Assembly: GCF_030684315.1 (NCBI RefSeq)
Contig: NC_081383.1
Coordinates: forward strand, 11,040,761 to 11,104,760
Direction: 5' to 3'
DNA: 64,000 nucleotides
Source of the DNA: Stegostoma tigrinum
Lineage: Eukaryota
In this document: positions 62,469 through 64,000 of the stretch, in pieces
Layout of the letters: every line of letters starts with the position of its first letter
Numbering within the stretch: the first letter of the stretch is position 1
Translations under genes and position numbers: made by a program
Notes under the pieces: generated by a model
Database searches by the model: none
What the model was told of the DNA's origin: nothing
Seen by the model: the letters and a program-made list of their open reading frames with translations, nothing else

Positions 62469-62812
62469 GGGAGAGGCAATGGCCTGTTAATCCAGAAATG
62501 CAGATAACTTTCTGGGGACCTGGGTTCGAATCCCGCCACAGCCGGTGGTGGAATTTGAATTCAATAAATATCTGGAATTAAGAATCTGATGATGACTGTG
62601 AATCCATGATCGATTGTCAGAAAAATCCACCTGGTTCACTAATGTCCTTTTAGAGAAGGAAACTGCCAAACCTTACCTGATGTGGCCTACATGTGAGTCC
62701 AGACCAACAACAACGTGGTTGACTCTAAACTGCCCTCTGGGCACTTAGGGAAGGTCAATAAATGCTGCCTGGTCGGTGACACGCTCATCCTGCAAATGAA
62801 TATAGAAAAAAA
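62469..62812 (+). mobile_element. tRNA-derived SINE, second family
   Basis: B box GGTTCGAATCC, colinear with 35570-35907. Confidence 0.8.
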
Positions 62813-64000
62813 ATTATTGCTAATGCTTCTTGTTTAAGTACCTTGGGAAGCGAGGCTATGTTGGCGGTGCAATGTGAATGCAAGTCATTGTTGTTTAAGA
62901 CATAACCTACTGTCAGCAGAGCAAGGAAACTTAAGACCAGAACTGGAGGAGCATTCAGATCTCACAGATTGGAGAGCTGGATAATATAACAGAGATAGCA
63001 TGGAGTGATTACAAAGCAAGGATGAAAATATCAAGTTAAAGTGAAACACTGTGGATGCTGGAAATCTGAAAACAAAGACAGAGACTGCGAGAGAAACTCA
63101 GCAAGTCTGGCAGCATCTGTGAAGAGAGAACCAGAGTTAAAGTTTTAAGTCCAATATGACTTTTTCAGAATTCAAAATGAAAATAACAAAATCTTTATTG
63201 CTATGTCTGAAAGGCTTCGTGCAGAAGATTAAAAGAATATTATGTCTACATTTTAGAAATGTTGCTGTTTAGAATGCTTTAGAGGTCAACGTGAAAAAGA
63301 AACAAGTGAACTAGAGGTGCAAATACTTTCTATGACCACTGGATGGTGCCAATGTTCGCTTTTCTTCAATTCCCAGATCAGTTTTAACTCGAGTGGGACC
63401 AATTAATTATTTTGTAAATCCTCCACTGAAACAGTTAACTTGCTGAATTCTGACCCAACAATTCTGCATTGCTGTCCATGCAAGTATTTTGCCGCCGAAT
63501 AATTACATCATTCTGTTTGCCTGTCCTGCATGGATACATTTCTCAGGCTGTGAATTTATTTGGTCGCAGACTGTTTATTGATGGTGAATGGATTTTGTGT
63601 TTTTATATATTGTGCATGGGCAGTGTCGGATGTAGCACAAATTCTGCCATCTACTGGGGAAGGGAGCACAGTGAGGCAGGAGGGACACTAGGCTGGAGCA
63701 GTAAGAGACGCAAACCTAGCCTACTGCAGGAGTAAGCGAGTCTCCCAGCTGCTGAAGGCAGCCCCTGGCCAGACAATCTTTTATGGGGTTGCTTTGGTTT
63801 CTTTCTTTCCTTCATTCTTCTGTCTTTGGAAATGAGGTAAGGCAGTTGTTCAATATCTTCTGTGCTGAAGTGAGTGTGCTTCTCACTATGTCTGTGGTTC
63901 GCTGTTGTGTATGTATACAGTTAATTAGCAATCGCAAAGAGCTATCTTCCAGGTTATTGCTTCGCTCATGAACAGCGGCACCCAAGGAGAGATGCTGAAG

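Noticed and set aside
51200-64000. APC2 exons expected downstream of RPS15
   Set aside because: No APC2-like coding sequence was recognised. The region is mostly repeats.
63400-64000. GC-richer block at the window end
   Set aside because: Probably a retroelement remnant, but no diagnostic motif could be read and it is cut by the window edge.

Overview
Vertebrate genomic DNA, almost certainly a shark/elasmobranch, judging by HE1-type SINEs, CR1/HER1-like LINEs and DeuSINE-like repeats. It carries two recognisable multi-exon + strand genes in the tetrapod order. DAZAP1 (CDS 7862-29556) has 12 visible coding exons plus one RRM2 exon that must lie in the N-gap at 21422-21585. RPS15 (37664-46600) has 4 exons and 146 aa. 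Convergent with RPS15 on the - strand is an intact single-exon ORF (50515-51111) for a very small, highly divergent connexin. It keeps all six extracellular cysteines but lacks several near-invariant residues and gains an N-glycosylation sequon. Other notable observations: a CpG-decayed duplicate of the RPS15 promoter/TOP/ATG/donor 1.39 kb upstream; many short Penelope-derived elements carrying minimal hammerhead-ribozyme cores, often as hairpins with 10-17 nt flanking direct repeats; candidate poison exons in repeat-poor DAZAP1 introns; a cassette exon resembling the human short-isoform tail; a degenerate spliced-looking unit upstream of DAZAP1 on the - strand; and a triple-nested MITE/LTR/ribozyme element. 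Repeat boundaries are approximate and read by eye, and no database searches were run.
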